DNA from: an uncultured Gammaproteobacteria bacterium
GTDB taxonomy: Bacteria > Patescibacteriota > Microgenomatia > PFEM01 > JAPLYW01
Direction: 5' to 3'
NCBI GenBank assembly: GCA_965230945.1
Contig: OZ246397.1
Coordinates: 4,692-68,691, forward strand
Length of the DNA stretch: 64,000 nt
A model generated the notes under the pieces. The model did no database searches. It saw only the letters and a list, made by a program, of their open reading frames with translations, and had not been told where the DNA came from. Each line of letters opens with the position of its first letter. Position 1 is the stretch's first letter. The position numbers were made by a program, and so were the translations under genes. Shown one piece after another: positions 45,898 through 55,271 of the stretch.

Positions 45898-45908
45898 AGG
45901 TTTTAATG

Positions 45909-45992
45909 TGCCCTGAGAGAGAGTCGAACTCTCACGTCCTTAAGGACACTAGCTTCTGAAGCTAGCCTGTCTACCAATTCCAGCATCAGGGC
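45909..45992 (-). tRNA. tRNA-Leu(CAG)
   Basis: Anticodon arm CTAGC-TTCAGAA-GCTAG; long variable arm. Confidence 0.95.
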
Positions 45993-46041
45993 TAAATTGC
46001 TAGGAAACTGATTAAATTATAACAAAAAATCAGCTTCATTG

Positions 46042-47397
46042 CTAATCTTTAGAGATGGTGTAAACGGTGGGATGGAAGAGAAAAACAGCCGGTGTTTCCT
46101 CAACAATTGATTTTTGGAAATCAAGATAAATTTCTTTTCTCTTGCTTTTATCTAAAGTTTTCCTGCCGTCTTCTAAGAGCTTGTCAATTTTAGGGCTTTT
46201 ATACCTACTAATATTGCTGCTTTGGGTTGAATGCCAGAAAAGATACTGATCAGGATCAGAAGGAATTTCTTGGGTGGCTAAAAGAGCTTGAAACTCCTCA
46301 TTGGGATTGTTAATGACTCTAATTTTGGTTTTAATACCTAGATCTTCCCAGTCCTTTTTAATCTGTTCTGCTATCGGAAGTAGAGAAGATAAAGTAGCCA
46401 GTTCAATTTCAGTGAAAGTAGTTTTTTCTTCCTCCTCTGCTTCTTCATTATTGCCATTACCATTTTCTAAAAGTTTTTTAGCTTTTTGCAAGTCAAAATT
46501 GTAGGGTTTGAGTTTATTATTGTAAGCCCAAGAAGAAAGGCTAATAGGGCTTAGCGCTCTTTCTTCCCAATCTTTCTTAATAGCATAGGCTAAGGCCTGG
46601 CGGGTTGATTTATTTCCTAAATGGGGATCGTTGGTGTTAAAAAAGATAGCCACAAAGCGATTGTATTTGACTTCTGGCGTGATTTTAATCCGCTCCCAAT
46701 TATTTAAATCCCCTAATCTTACGATTTCTCTTAAGCTAGAAACTTCCCCTAGTTTAAAACCAGTTCGAGCAGCTTTTTCGGTAGGATAAAACTTAAAAAT
46801 TAATTGAGGCTTGTTTTTACCTTTAACAGGCGTTAAGACAAGTCTTTCAATAATTTCCCCATTTTTTTTAATCTTTCTAGCTTCATAATCACCTGTTCCT
46901 AAGAGGCCTTTTCTAAAAATAGGCCTGCTCATGACCGTAAGAAAGGGAGAAAAAGGTTCTTTAAGTAAAAATTTTATTTTTTTATCATCAATAATGGTTT
47001 TAGTAACGTCGCTGAATTTTAGGTTAATATCAGCGGTGACTAATGGTTCTTTATCTTGCCAAAAAAGGTTATCTTTAAGAGTGAAAATGTATTCTCTCCC
47101 CTCTTTTTCAATCTCCCAAGAAGTAGCCAGATTAGGTTCTATAGAACCGTCATCAGATGTCTTGGTTAAGCCATCACTTATTAAGCATTGAATTTCTAAT
47201 GGTAGTTCTTTAATTGTGTATCTGCCGACAAGACCAATTTTTTCAATCTTTTGGTTGGAAGAATCGGAGATCTTGTAGATAAAAAAGAAACAGATAATAC
47301 CAAGTAAAAAACCAAGAATGAAAATTTTCTTCCTTTTTCGCCAAAAAGCACGTCCTAAATTACGATAAAATCTAACTTTTCTAAAAATTCTTCTCAT
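46042..47397 (-). CDS. ABC substrate-binding protein, family 5 (peptide/nickel)
   Basis: PNLATSWE...YIFTLKD...WQD, RQALAYAI, DPDQY.FWHS. Confidence 0.85.
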   Translation of the reverse strand: MRRIFRKVRFYRNLGRAFWRKRKKIFILGFLLGIICFFFIYKISDSSNQKIEKIGLVGRYTIKELPLEIQCLISDGLTKTSDDGSIEPNLATSWEIEKEGREYIFTLKDNLFWQDKEPLVTADINLKFSDVTKTIIDDKKIKFLLKEPFSPFLTVMSRPIFRKGLLGTGDYEARKIKKNGEIIERLVLTPVKGKNKPQLIFKFYPTEKAARTGFKLGEVSSLREIVRLGDLNNWERIKITPEVKYNRFVAIFFNTNDPHLGNKSTRQALAYAIKKDWEERALSPISLSSWAYNNKLKPYNFDLQKAKKLLENGNGNNEEAEEEEKTTFTEIELATLSSLLPIAEQIKKDWEDLGIKTKIRVINNPNEEFQALLATQEIPSDPDQYLFWHSTQSSNISRYKSPKIDKLLEDGRKTLDKSKRKEIYLDFQKSIVEETPAVFLFHPTVYTISKD

Positions 47398-47401
47398 TGT
47401 T

Positions 47402-47620
47402 CTAGTTCAATAGGAGGTTAACCATTGAAGTAAGAAGAAAAAGTATCACCAAAACAATAGTAATGTTGAAAAGAAGTTTTTCGGTTCCCCTTCTGGTATT
47501 AAAGGTTTCACTGCTTCCTCCCCAGGCGGCCCCCAAACCAGTGCCTTTTGATTGAGCTAAAATAGAAACAATCAAAAGGACGGAGATAAAAATTTGAACA
47601 AAGATAATTAAGGTTTTCAT
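47402..47620 (-). CDS. secG: Preprotein translocase subunit SecG
   Basis: ILAQSKGTGLGAAWGG...RRGTEKLL. Confidence 0.92.
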   Translation of the reverse strand: MKTLIIFVQIFISVLLIVSILAQSKGTGLGAAWGGSSETFNTRRGTEKLLFNITIVLVILFLLTSMVNLLLN

Positions 47621-47642
47621 TTCTCTAATTATAACACAGTCC

Positions 47643-48056
47643 TTATTTTTTAATTAACCAGAGAGTGAGGGTGGTAACGATACTGATGACCAAAGAAGCT
47701 AAAACAAAAGCCCAAAAGGTAGCCATATAAAAAGAAGGCATGATAAAGCCCTTATAGCTAAAGCCTTCAAAAAGAAAACCAGCAATCTTAAATTGAGGGA
47801 CAATAATGGTTGCCAACCAAAGAGTGATAACGTTTATCAACCAGCGAAAAGTACCCAAAGTAAGGAGGTTAATAGGCAGAAACAGAACTTTAATTAGGGG
47901 TTTAATTAAGGTTCCCAATAAGGCTAAAACTAAAGCTGCTAAGGCAAGGGTTTGCCAGCCACCAGTAAAACTAACTCCTGTAAATAGAAAAGCTACCAAC
48001 CATAAAGCAAAAAGATTAATTAAAAAGAAACGGAGATACTTTTTAATAAATGACAT
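47643..48056 (-). CDS. Four-TM phage holin family (YvlD-like) membrane protein
   Basis: IKPLIKVLFLPINLLTLG.F..LIN. Confidence 0.85.
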   Translation of the reverse strand: MSFIKKYLRFFLINLFALWLVAFLFTGVSFTGGWQTLALAALVLALLGTLIKPLIKVLFLPINLLTLGTFRWLINVITLWLATIIVPQFKIAGFLFEGFSYKGFIMPSFYMATFWAFVLASLVISIVTTLTLWLIKK

Positions 48057-48088
48057 CTCTTATTTTTAACACAAACTTTAAATCTCTG

Positions 48089-49903
48089 TCAAAATTTCTT
48101 TTTTAAAAGGATAAATAAGGTAGCTAGAGTAAGTGCTCCTCCCAACGAGGGGATGATAATTTGCCAAATAAAAGATCCTATTTCTATTTCCTTCTCAAAA
48201 TCCTGATCATTAACAGAAATTTTAATTAAACCGTCTCCCTTGGCGAAGGCATTTTCAGGGGTGATGATAAGAGAAATTTCCCTATAAGAAAAAGGCGGTA
48301 AGACAGGTATTTCTTGTTGATGGGGTGATGATAGAACTACTCCTTGGGCATTAATTTTAACCTTCAGGTTATAGAAAGCAGTTTGACCTTCGTTTTTAAT
48401 AATAAGCTTGCCTTTTTTAGTTTCCTTCCAAAAAATTTGGGCAGGTAGGCTAAAATCAACCTGTAACTTAGGAGGTTTTTCTGGCTCGTATTCACCAAAG
48501 GCTACTTGAACGGTTTTTTCCATAGAATCTGGTGATTTATAAGAACCGGCAGGATACGGTTCTTCACTATTTTGGCCATGGATAGCAAAAACAAAGTGAT
48601 TTAAGTCGCTTTTATAGAAATAATCAATACCTTCTGTAGTTTTTTCCCAAGTAGGGTCAATTGGTACCCATAATTGTTTTTTTTCATCATAGTATTCCGG
48701 CCAGGAATGTAAGACATCGGTAACTAAGTTCAAAGGACGGAGTCTTATATCATCGGTATAAGCAAAGCCGTTAATTTCTCTGGCCGGAATGCCTGAAGCT
48801 CGGGCAAGGGTAATAAATAAATCAGTAAATTCCATACAGATAGCCTGACTGGGGTTTTCTAGAGCCTTGACTGCTCCTAATCTCTCAACTCCCTCAGCAA
48901 CCCGATCAAAATTATATTCTAAAGTGTTAATAACGAAATTATAAATAACTTTAGGTGTTTTTAAATTCTTAGATAATTTGATAATTTGCGGATGATTAAC
49001 CTCCCAATATAATGATGCGGAAAGGTTGTCATCCAAAATTTCTTTATTTGGCTGGGGAAAATCTTTTTGGGGTTGGGCTAAAATTTTAACTCTACCACTG
49101 GCGATAACTTTTAACTGCTGGCGAGGCTTTAATTTATATTTAGCTAGCCAGTTACCATCTTGATCAACCCTGATATTTAAAGGTCTTGGATCAAGATTTT
49201 TAAAAGAAAGTTGTTGAAAGGCAGTGTCAGGAGGTAAGGCGATTTCTGTTTCAGCCATACTATAGTGAGAGTTATCTAGGTAATAAAACAAAGTAAAATT
49301 AAAGATTTGAAAGGGGCCGAAAGTAGCGTTTATACCAGATTCAAAAAGCCTGTTTTGGGTAAAACGATAGGTTTTAAAGCTCTCCGATTCAATAACTTCA
49401 ATGGGTTCAGGTCTTATAAAGGCCGGATTACCAAAGCTTTGGGGAACATTTAAAGAGAGAGAATAGCTGTCAATTTCACTTAAATTAGAAATACGAGGAA
49501 TGTTAATTTCCCAAATTTCTCCTTTTCTTAGAGCGGCATTAAGATTTTCATAGGTAAGATTAAAGGTTAAGGTTTTATCAACACCAACAACTTGTTGGTT
49601 AAATTTAATGATAATAGTTGTTGACTTAGAATCCTTATTAATTTCCATCTGACAGTCTCCATCACTATCAGTTGCCTTAATGTTTTGTATTTGAGTTGAA
49701 GGTAGGGTTAAAGAGTATTGCGTGGCGTAAACCCGAGAAAGTTTATTGGTTAAAGAAATCTGATGATTGACACTAACAATACCGCTTTTATTTACTTGAT
49801 AGCGGATGTTGTACTCAGTTTTAAATTCTTCGGAGGCAAAGAGAGGTTCAGTAAAGAGAAAGAAAAGAAAGATAAAGCTTAGGGCAAGAAAAATACGCTT
49901 CAT
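48089..49903 (-). CDS. Exported transglutaminase-like domain protein
   Basis: AICMEFTDLF...GIPAR, LHSWPEYY, WVPIDPTW (Cys/His/Asp); signal peptide and C-terminal TM. Confidence 0.88.
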   Translation of the reverse strand: MKRIFLALSFIFLFFLFTEPLFASEEFKTEYNIRYQVNKSGIVSVNHQISLTNKLSRVYATQYSLTLPSTQIQNIKATDSDGDCQMEINKDSKSTTIIIKFNQQVVGVDKTLTFNLTYENLNAALRKGEIWEINIPRISNLSEIDSYSLSLNVPQSFGNPAFIRPEPIEVIESESFKTYRFTQNRLFESGINATFGPFQIFNFTLFYYLDNSHYSMAETEIALPPDTAFQQLSFKNLDPRPLNIRVDQDGNWLAKYKLKPRQQLKVIASGRVKILAQPQKDFPQPNKEILDDNLSASLYWEVNHPQIIKLSKNLKTPKVIYNFVINTLEYNFDRVAEGVERLGAVKALENPSQAICMEFTDLFITLARASGIPAREINGFAYTDDIRLRPLNLVTDVLHSWPEYYDEKKQLWVPIDPTWEKTTEGIDYFYKSDLNHFVFAIHGQNSEEPYPAGSYKSPDSMEKTVQVAFGEYEPEKPPKLQVDFSLPAQIFWKETKKGKLIIKNEGQTAFYNLKVKINAQGVVLSSPHQQEIPVLPPFSYREISLIITPENAFAKGDGLIKISVNDQDFEKEIEIGSFIWQIIIPSLGGALTLATLFILLKKKF

Positions 49904-49949
49904 ATCTTAATTCTAATTGAAATTTTAACCCTTGACAAGGATTTAAAGT

Positions 49950-49965
49950 TTCGGGTAATATTAGG
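49950..49965 (+). promoter_or_regulatory. Candidate LexA box TTCGG-N6-TTAGG
   Basis: Imperfect direct repeat over the -10 region of the lexA promoter. Confidence 0.55.
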
Positions 49966-49970
49966 TAAAT

Positions 49971-50594
49971 ATGCCAGTTACTCTTTATAAACGCCAAAAA
50001 CAAATCCTTGATTTCATTAAACAATACATTCAAAAGAATGGATTAGCTCCAACTTTAACAGAGATTGCCAATGCTTTAGGTGTTTCTTCCCTAGCTACCG
50101 TTCATGAACATCTTAAAGCTATGGAGAAAAAAGGTGTCATTAAACGTTTTGATGGTTCTGTACGTGGGATTGAGATTATTGACAATCAGTCCGTTAATCA
50201 GATTAATGGTGTCCAGTTGCCTATCTTAGGCTTTATTGCTGCTGGAGCTCCTATTGAACCCTATACAGATCCTAATGCTGCTATTGCCGTTGCTCCAGGG
50301 ATGTTGACTGGGAAAAAAAGAGCTTATGTTTTGCAGGTCAAAGGTAGTTCCATGATTGATGAAGGCATTTTGGATGGTGATTATGTAATTATAGAGCAAA
50401 AAGAAGTAGCTAATAATGGCGATATTGTCGTGGCGATCTTAGAAAATGGTTTTGCTACCTTAAAACGTTTTTTTAAAGAAGCTACCAGGATTAGACTAGA
50501 GCCGGCTAATAGCAAAATGGCGCCTATCTTCGCTAAGAATGTCAAAATACAGGGAAAGGTCGTCGGACTGTTAAGAAAATTTAAATCCTCATAA
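49971..50594 (+). CDS. lexA: SOS repressor LexA
   Basis: wHTH, IAAG cleavage site, GSSM catalytic Ser, ATLKR catalytic Lys. Confidence 0.96.
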   Translation: MPVTLYKRQKQILDFIKQYIQKNGLAPTLTEIANALGVSSLATVHEHLKAMEKKGVIKRFDGSVRGIEIIDNQSVNQINGVQLPILGFIAAGAPIEPYTDPNAAIAVAPGMLTGKKRAYVLQVKGSSMIDEGILDGDYVIIEQKEVANNGDIVVAILENGFATLKRFFKEATRIRLEPANSKMAPIFAKNVKIQGKVVGLLRKFKSS

Positions 50595-50739
50595 AAATTG
50601 ATAATCTGCCGTAAAAAAATAAAAAGGCGACCTGTTTGACAAACCGATTCTGATTGTATTAAGCATACAATACAAGATTTTTTATTATCTGTTAGCTAAT
50701 TCGTTGAAAGTTTAACAAATTATTTGTCAAACTTTGTCA

Positions 50740-51963
50740 TTAAAGAACAAAGTTGGCAATAATAGCTGAGATCATTATTAAGATTGCCAGCCATCCCAAA
50801 ACATTAAGCCCCCAAGTATTAATATATTTCCCCATTATTCTTTTGCTGCTAGCGATAATCATTATTAATATTAATAGTATAGGTGTAAGAAAGCCATTAA
50901 AGATTTGAGAGTATAAAAGGACTTTAATAGGATTTAATCCTAAAAGAGAGATAGCTAAGGCGATAAAGAAAGTAGCTGATAGGACTGTGTAGAAACCTCT
51001 GGCTGCGTGGATATTTTTTGAAAGCCCTTCCTTCCAGTTAAAAATCTCTGCAACAGCATAGGCCGTAGAAGAAGCTAACACTGGTAAAGCTAAAAGACCA
51101 GCTCCAATAATTCCTATGGCGAAAAGACCAAAGGCATAATTTCCTAAAAAAGGTTTTAAAGCTAAGGCAGCTTCTGTAGCACTAGTAATTTCAATTTTAT
51201 TAATAAATAAAACAGAAGCAGTACAGATAATAATAAAGTAAGCAACAAGACTGGAAAGGATTAAACCAGGAGCATTTTCCCTAACTTCATTCTTAGCGTC
51301 TTTAACAGAAGGTTTGTCTTCTACTTCTTCCGCTGTCTGCCAGAAGAACAGATAGGGAGAAAGGGTTGCCCCTAAAAGACCTACAGCGATCAACCAATAG
51401 TAAGAATTAAAAGAAATCTTTGGCCAAAAAGTGTTTAGGAATATTTCTGACCAGTTAGGTTTCACAGCAAAAGCAGAAAAGATATAGGAAACAAAAACCA
51501 AAGAAAGAATAATTAAGAATTTAGAAATGAAATTATAGCTTTTAAAGATGACAATATACCAGATAAAAAAACTTATTAACGGTAGCACAAGAAAAACTTC
51601 CAGTTTAGGAAAAAGTACCTTAAAAGCCATACCGATAGCAGAAAGATTAGCTCCCATGGTGGCTAAGTTAGCTAAAACAAGAAGAAAGATGGCTAAAAAA
51701 GCAACTTTAGTGCCAAATCTTTCTTTAATAACGGCAGTTAAGCCTTTCTTTTTAATATCACCGATTCTTGCACAAATAGACTGGACGACAATTAAAAAGA
51801 TTGTTGAAATAGGAACTAAAAAAAGCTGACCAAAACCAGTTGTTGCCCCAACAATACTATAAGTAGTAATACCAGCAGGATCGTTACCTGAAGCACCGGT
51901 AATAATACCGTGGTAAATTTTACCAAACTTAGTTTTTTTAAGATTATTATTTTTAGAAAACAC
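50740..51963 (-). CDS. NRAMP-family divalent metal transporter
   Basis: NDPAGITTYS, GATLSPYLFFWQ. Confidence 0.88.
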   Translation of the reverse strand: MFSKNNNLKKTKFGKIYHGIITGASGNDPAGITTYSIVGATTGFGQLFLVPISTIFLIVVQSICARIGDIKKKGLTAVIKERFGTKVAFLAIFLLVLANLATMGANLSAIGMAFKVLFPKLEVFLVLPLISFFIWYIVIFKSYNFISKFLIILSLVFVSYIFSAFAVKPNWSEIFLNTFWPKISFNSYYWLIAVGLLGATLSPYLFFWQTAEEVEDKPSVKDAKNEVRENAPGLILSSLVAYFIIICTASVLFINKIEITSATEAALALKPFLGNYAFGLFAIGIIGAGLLALPVLASSTAYAVAEIFNWKEGLSKNIHAARGFYTVLSATFFIALAISLLGLNPIKVLLYSQIFNGFLTPILLILIMIIASSKRIMGKYINTWGLNVLGWLAILIMISAIIANFVL

Positions 51964-51972
51964 GGACAGCTC

Positions 51973-52221
51973 TTAGGGTTTTTGTTTTTCTACTTTTAAA
52001 GCACAATCTGGACAAATAGATTCACAGATTCCACAAATATTACATTTTTTGAGATCTATTTCAACAGTTGGCGCGTTATAAACTCCAACCTCTTTTTTAG
52101 AAAAAGAAATTGCTTTTTGAGGACATTTCTCGATACAAAGACCGCAGCCTTTACAAAGACCTTTAAAAACATTTATCTTCTTTTGGCTATCTTTTTGTTC
52201 TTTAGGATTAAAGTTTTTCAT
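51973..52221 (-). CDS. 2x[4Fe-4S] ferredoxin / OFOR delta subunit
   Basis: CKGCGLCIEKCP and CNICGICESICP. Confidence 0.92.
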   Translation of the reverse strand: MKNFNPKEQKDSQKKINVFKGLCKGCGLCIEKCPQKAISFSKKEVGVYNAPTVEIDLKKCNICGICESICPDCALKVEKQKP

Positions 52222-52718
52222 AATTCTTTGTTTAAAGCTTTAAGATCCATTTCTTTTACCTTAGGATCTTTATCAAAGTATTTTTTAAATCTTTCTTCCA
52301 TGGTTTTTACTAAACTCTCTTTTGAAACTGCTTTACTAAGATTATTAACTTTACCTAAAACTAAAATATTCCAAGCTTTTACTGGGATGCCATCTTTTTT
52401 AACAGTAATACCTTTATCTACTTTTTGTGTGACAGCGGGTCCTAGAACTATTTGGGTATCTTTATCAATGTAACGTTTGACACGATTAATAGAACGGTCA
52501 GAAAAGATGGCTAAAATATTAGCTTTTTCAAATTTAGGATAGGTAGCACTTTTCCCATCAATAACAACAAAAGCTAATGAAACTCCCCCACGCTGCTCTA
52601 CTCCAAAATTAGGAATATATAAAGATTTTTTACCTTCTAGAAAAGCTGCCTTGGCTAATATTTCGGCAACTACTTGCACTCCTTGACCACCTTCGCCGGC
52701 AAAAAGTATCTTAGTCAT
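52218..52718 (-). CDS. 2-oxoacid:ferredoxin oxidoreductase gamma subunit
   Basis: AGEGGQG, FGVEQRGG. Confidence 0.9.
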   Translation of the reverse strand: MTKILFAGEGGQGVQVVAEILAKAAFLEGKKSLYIPNFGVEQRGGVSLAFVVIDGKSATYPKFEKANILAIFSDRSINRVKRYIDKDTQIVLGPAVTQKVDKGITVKKDGIPVKAWNILVLGKVNNLSKAVSKESLVKTMEERFKKYFDKDPKVKEMDLKALNKEL

Positions 52719-53431
52719 TTAATTTCTCCTAAAGTAAATATTTTTTCTAGCTCATCAACTCTTTTAAGTGTTTCTTGAGCGTTGGTTTCCCAATTAGTTG
52801 GACAAGCAGAAATAGCTTCCACTAAAGAAAAGTTTCCTTTTATTTGTGTTTCAATTGCTTTTTTAAGATATTGTTTTAAAACTAATGGCTTAAAAGCAGA
52901 ACCTCTAGCCAGGTAAGCTCCTTTACTAGCTATTTTACTTAGCATTTCTGGCCCTTTAAGGGTGGTAAATTCACTTTTACCTGTCGGTGTCGTTGTCGTT
53001 ATCTCATTATCGGTAGTAGTTGGAGCTAATTGTCCTCCCGTCATAGCATATAAAGTATTATTAACCACAATAGTTGTAATAGGATCGTTTCTTAAACAAC
53101 TTGTAACTGTATGTTGTAAGCCAATTGCATAGGCACCACCATCACCGACATAGGCAATAACGATTTTACCTTTGGCAACTGTTTTGAAGCCAACTGCAGT
53201 CGGAACTGTTCGACCATGATGAGTTTGCGTCGTAGGGATATCAAAAAAATCCCAAGCTAATAAAGAGCAGCCTATATCAACCATAAAAACAGTTTTTTTG
53301 GCAATGCCCATTTCATCAATAACCTGCCCTAAGGTTTTCAGAACTAAAGGATGACCACAGCCAGGACAAAATTTATGAGGTTTTGATGATTTTTTAAAAC
53401 ATTCTGGAAAACGTGGTTGATTATTGTTCAT
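52715..53431 (-). CDS. 2-oxoacid:ferredoxin oxidoreductase beta subunit
   Basis: FCPGCGH, GDG...NN TPP motif, YAMTGGQ, CPT. Confidence 0.92.
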   Translation of the reverse strand: MNNNQPRFPECFKKSSKPHKFCPGCGHPLVLKTLGQVIDEMGIAKKTVFMVDIGCSLLAWDFFDIPTTQTHHGRTVPTAVGFKTVAKGKIVIAYVGDGGAYAIGLQHTVTSCLRNDPITTIVVNNTLYAMTGGQLAPTTTDNEITTTTPTGKSEFTTLKGPEMLSKIASKGAYLARGSAFKPLVLKQYLKKAIETQIKGNFSLVEAISACPTNWETNAQETLKRVDELEKIFTLGEIK

Positions 53432-54443
53432 TTATAATATCTGTAATTTCTTTAGGTGTAAAACCAACACCTGGTTTATTAATTTCCACTAAGGGAATAC
53501 TTAAATCATAAAGCTCTTCTTTAAACAAACTGCTTAACTGTCCTAAAGCCGATTCTAAGACAAATATCTTTTCTACTTTATCTAAAGTTTTGGCAGCTTT
53601 ACTTACCGGAAATGGACGTAAAGTGATAGGTCTAAAAAGCCCTATTTTAAGGCCTTTTTCTCTTAACTTATCGACAGCTACCTTGGCAGCTGCACCGACA
53701 ATACCATGAGCTAATAAAGCTATCTTGGCATCTTCAAGTTTATATGTTTCGGCCTCTTCTATATTAAAACGATCTTTTTGATAATCATTTTCATAATTAA
53801 TGATAACTTCGCCTATCTCTTCTTCTAAGTTATAACAATTTCTTAAATTGACTCTTTCTTTTAAAATTGGTGAAAGATTTTCTAAAGAACCGTTTTTTTC
53901 ACCAATTTCTATCTCCCCTTTCATTTTAGCCTGATAGCCGTCAGCTAATATAAAACTTGGCCAACGATATTTCCAAGCAACTTTAAAGGCTTTAAGAGTA
54001 TAATCATAAAGTTCTTGTAAATTAGAAGTGGAATAGACAATTCTAAAACCTTCCCCATTTCCACCAAAACAGGTTAACCTAACTTCTTCTTGAGAATAGA
54101 TAACTGTAGAGGTAGACAATCCCCCTCTTTGCATAATTAAAGCCACTGTTGGGATACGTAAAGCTTCGGCCATCGAAAAAGCATCTTGCATCAAAACATT
54201 ACCAGGACCTGCAGTAGCTGTAAAAGCAGGCACACCGGCTAAACAAGAGCCAATAACACCAAAACCAGCGGCCATCTCATCTTCAGTCTGTAATAAAGAA
54301 AGATTTTTATCTTTTATACATAAAGAAGCCCACGTTTCTAAAACTTCAGAAGAAGGAGTAATTGGATAACCAAACATTGCTTTTGCTCCAGCATTTAAAG
54401 CTGCATAAGCTAGTATTTGATTACCCATCAGAAAATGTTTCAT
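53421..54443 (-). CDS. 2-oxoacid:ferredoxin oxidoreductase alpha subunit
   Basis: GYPITPSSE, QTEDE, TATAGPG, FRPITLRPFP. Confidence 0.92.
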   Translation of the reverse strand: MKHFLMGNQILAYAALNAGAKAMFGYPITPSSEVLETWASLCIKDKNLSLLQTEDEMAAGFGVIGSCLAGVPAFTATAGPGNVLMQDAFSMAEALRIPTVALIMQRGGLSTSTVIYSQEEVRLTCFGGNGEGFRIVYSTSNLQELYDYTLKAFKVAWKYRWPSFILADGYQAKMKGEIEIGEKNGSLENLSPILKERVNLRNCYNLEEEIGEVIINYENDYQKDRFNIEEAETYKLEDAKIALLAHGIVGAAAKVAVDKLREKGLKIGLFRPITLRPFPVSKAAKTLDKVEKIFVLESALGQLSSLFKEELYDLSIPLVEINKPGVGFTPKEITDIINEQ

Positions 54444-54542
54444 TTATTGTATTGTAGGGGGAAACTCTTAGTTATGTCAATTAAAAAAAGAAAAGGACCA
54501 AAAGGTAAAAAACTATAATGATTAAAACCAGTGCCTTTTTGC

Positions 54543-54649
54543 TTGACAATTAGTTTTTTCTATCCTATAATTCTGCTTATCTTTTAAACTTAGGCGTTTA
54601 AAGAAGATGGCACATTACTAACACAGGAATTAATATTTTTACAGGGAGG
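54543..54649 (+). promoter_or_regulatory. Frame E head: consensus promoter, hairpin, boxA-like motif and SD
   Basis: TTGACA-N17-TATAAT; hairpin ATCTTTTAAAC / GTTTAAAGAAGAT; TGGCACATTACTAAC; GGGAGG. Confidence 0.7.
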
Positions 54650-54655
54650 TTGAGA

Positions 54656-54931
54656 ATGAAAAAATATGCTTTAGCTTTGGATTCCGGAAGTTTATTCTTA
54701 AAAGCAACGGTTCTATTAAAACCAAACACGGAGATAGTATTAAAAAGAGAAGATGTTTTAAATCAAAAAAGCCAGGTTTTTAAGAAAGTATTTGGGAAAA
54801 AAGGGATGTTTGGAAAACCAAAGGAAGAGGTAGAGATTTCTATTAGGGAATCAACAAGTGGTAGATCTTTTGGAGAGGAAACTTTTGAAGCTTATACTGC
54901 TTTTGTAAAACCATTAAAAAAACTTCCCTAA
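54656..54931 (+). CDS. Orphan protein (cargo of frame E)
   Basis: ATG 6 nt after GGGAGG; 91 aa. Confidence 0.65.
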   Translation: MKKYALALDSGSLFLKATVLLKPNTEIVLKREDVLNQKSQVFKKVFGKKGMFGKPKEEVEISIRESTSGRSFGEETFEAYTAFVKPLKKLP

Positions 54932-54939
54932 AAAAACAA

Positions 54940-54992
54940 AGCGCTGGTAGTAGTTTAAAAACTACTTTGATTTTATAAAAATCACCAGCGCT
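54940..54992 (+). terminator. Frame E tail: branched hairpin
   Basis: AGCGCTGGT / ACCAGCGCT enclosing AGTAGTTT/AAACTACT and GATTTT/AAAATC. Confidence 0.6.
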
Positions 54993-55271
54993 AATTTTCG
55001 GTTCTTATTTTAAGGAATTTAAGGGATTTCTTGAGACTGTTGAGAAAAAAACCTTTGAACAAAGGACTTATAGCTCTTCTTTTACAGAAGAATTCTTTGA
55101 AGAAGCTAGAAAAAAGATTGAATTAGAAAGGAAAGAAGAAAAACAATAATCCTTTATCTATTTATAGAAACCGAAGTCATAGAGGTCGGGTTCCTACTTT
55201 TCTCTACAACATAACTCTTTTCCTATGACTTCGGCCCCCATATTTCTTTAGATCTTTGGTATAATATAAAC

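Noticed and set aside
47643-48056. Holin-family gene as evidence of a prophage
   Set aside because: Widespread chromosomal family; no phage genes nearby
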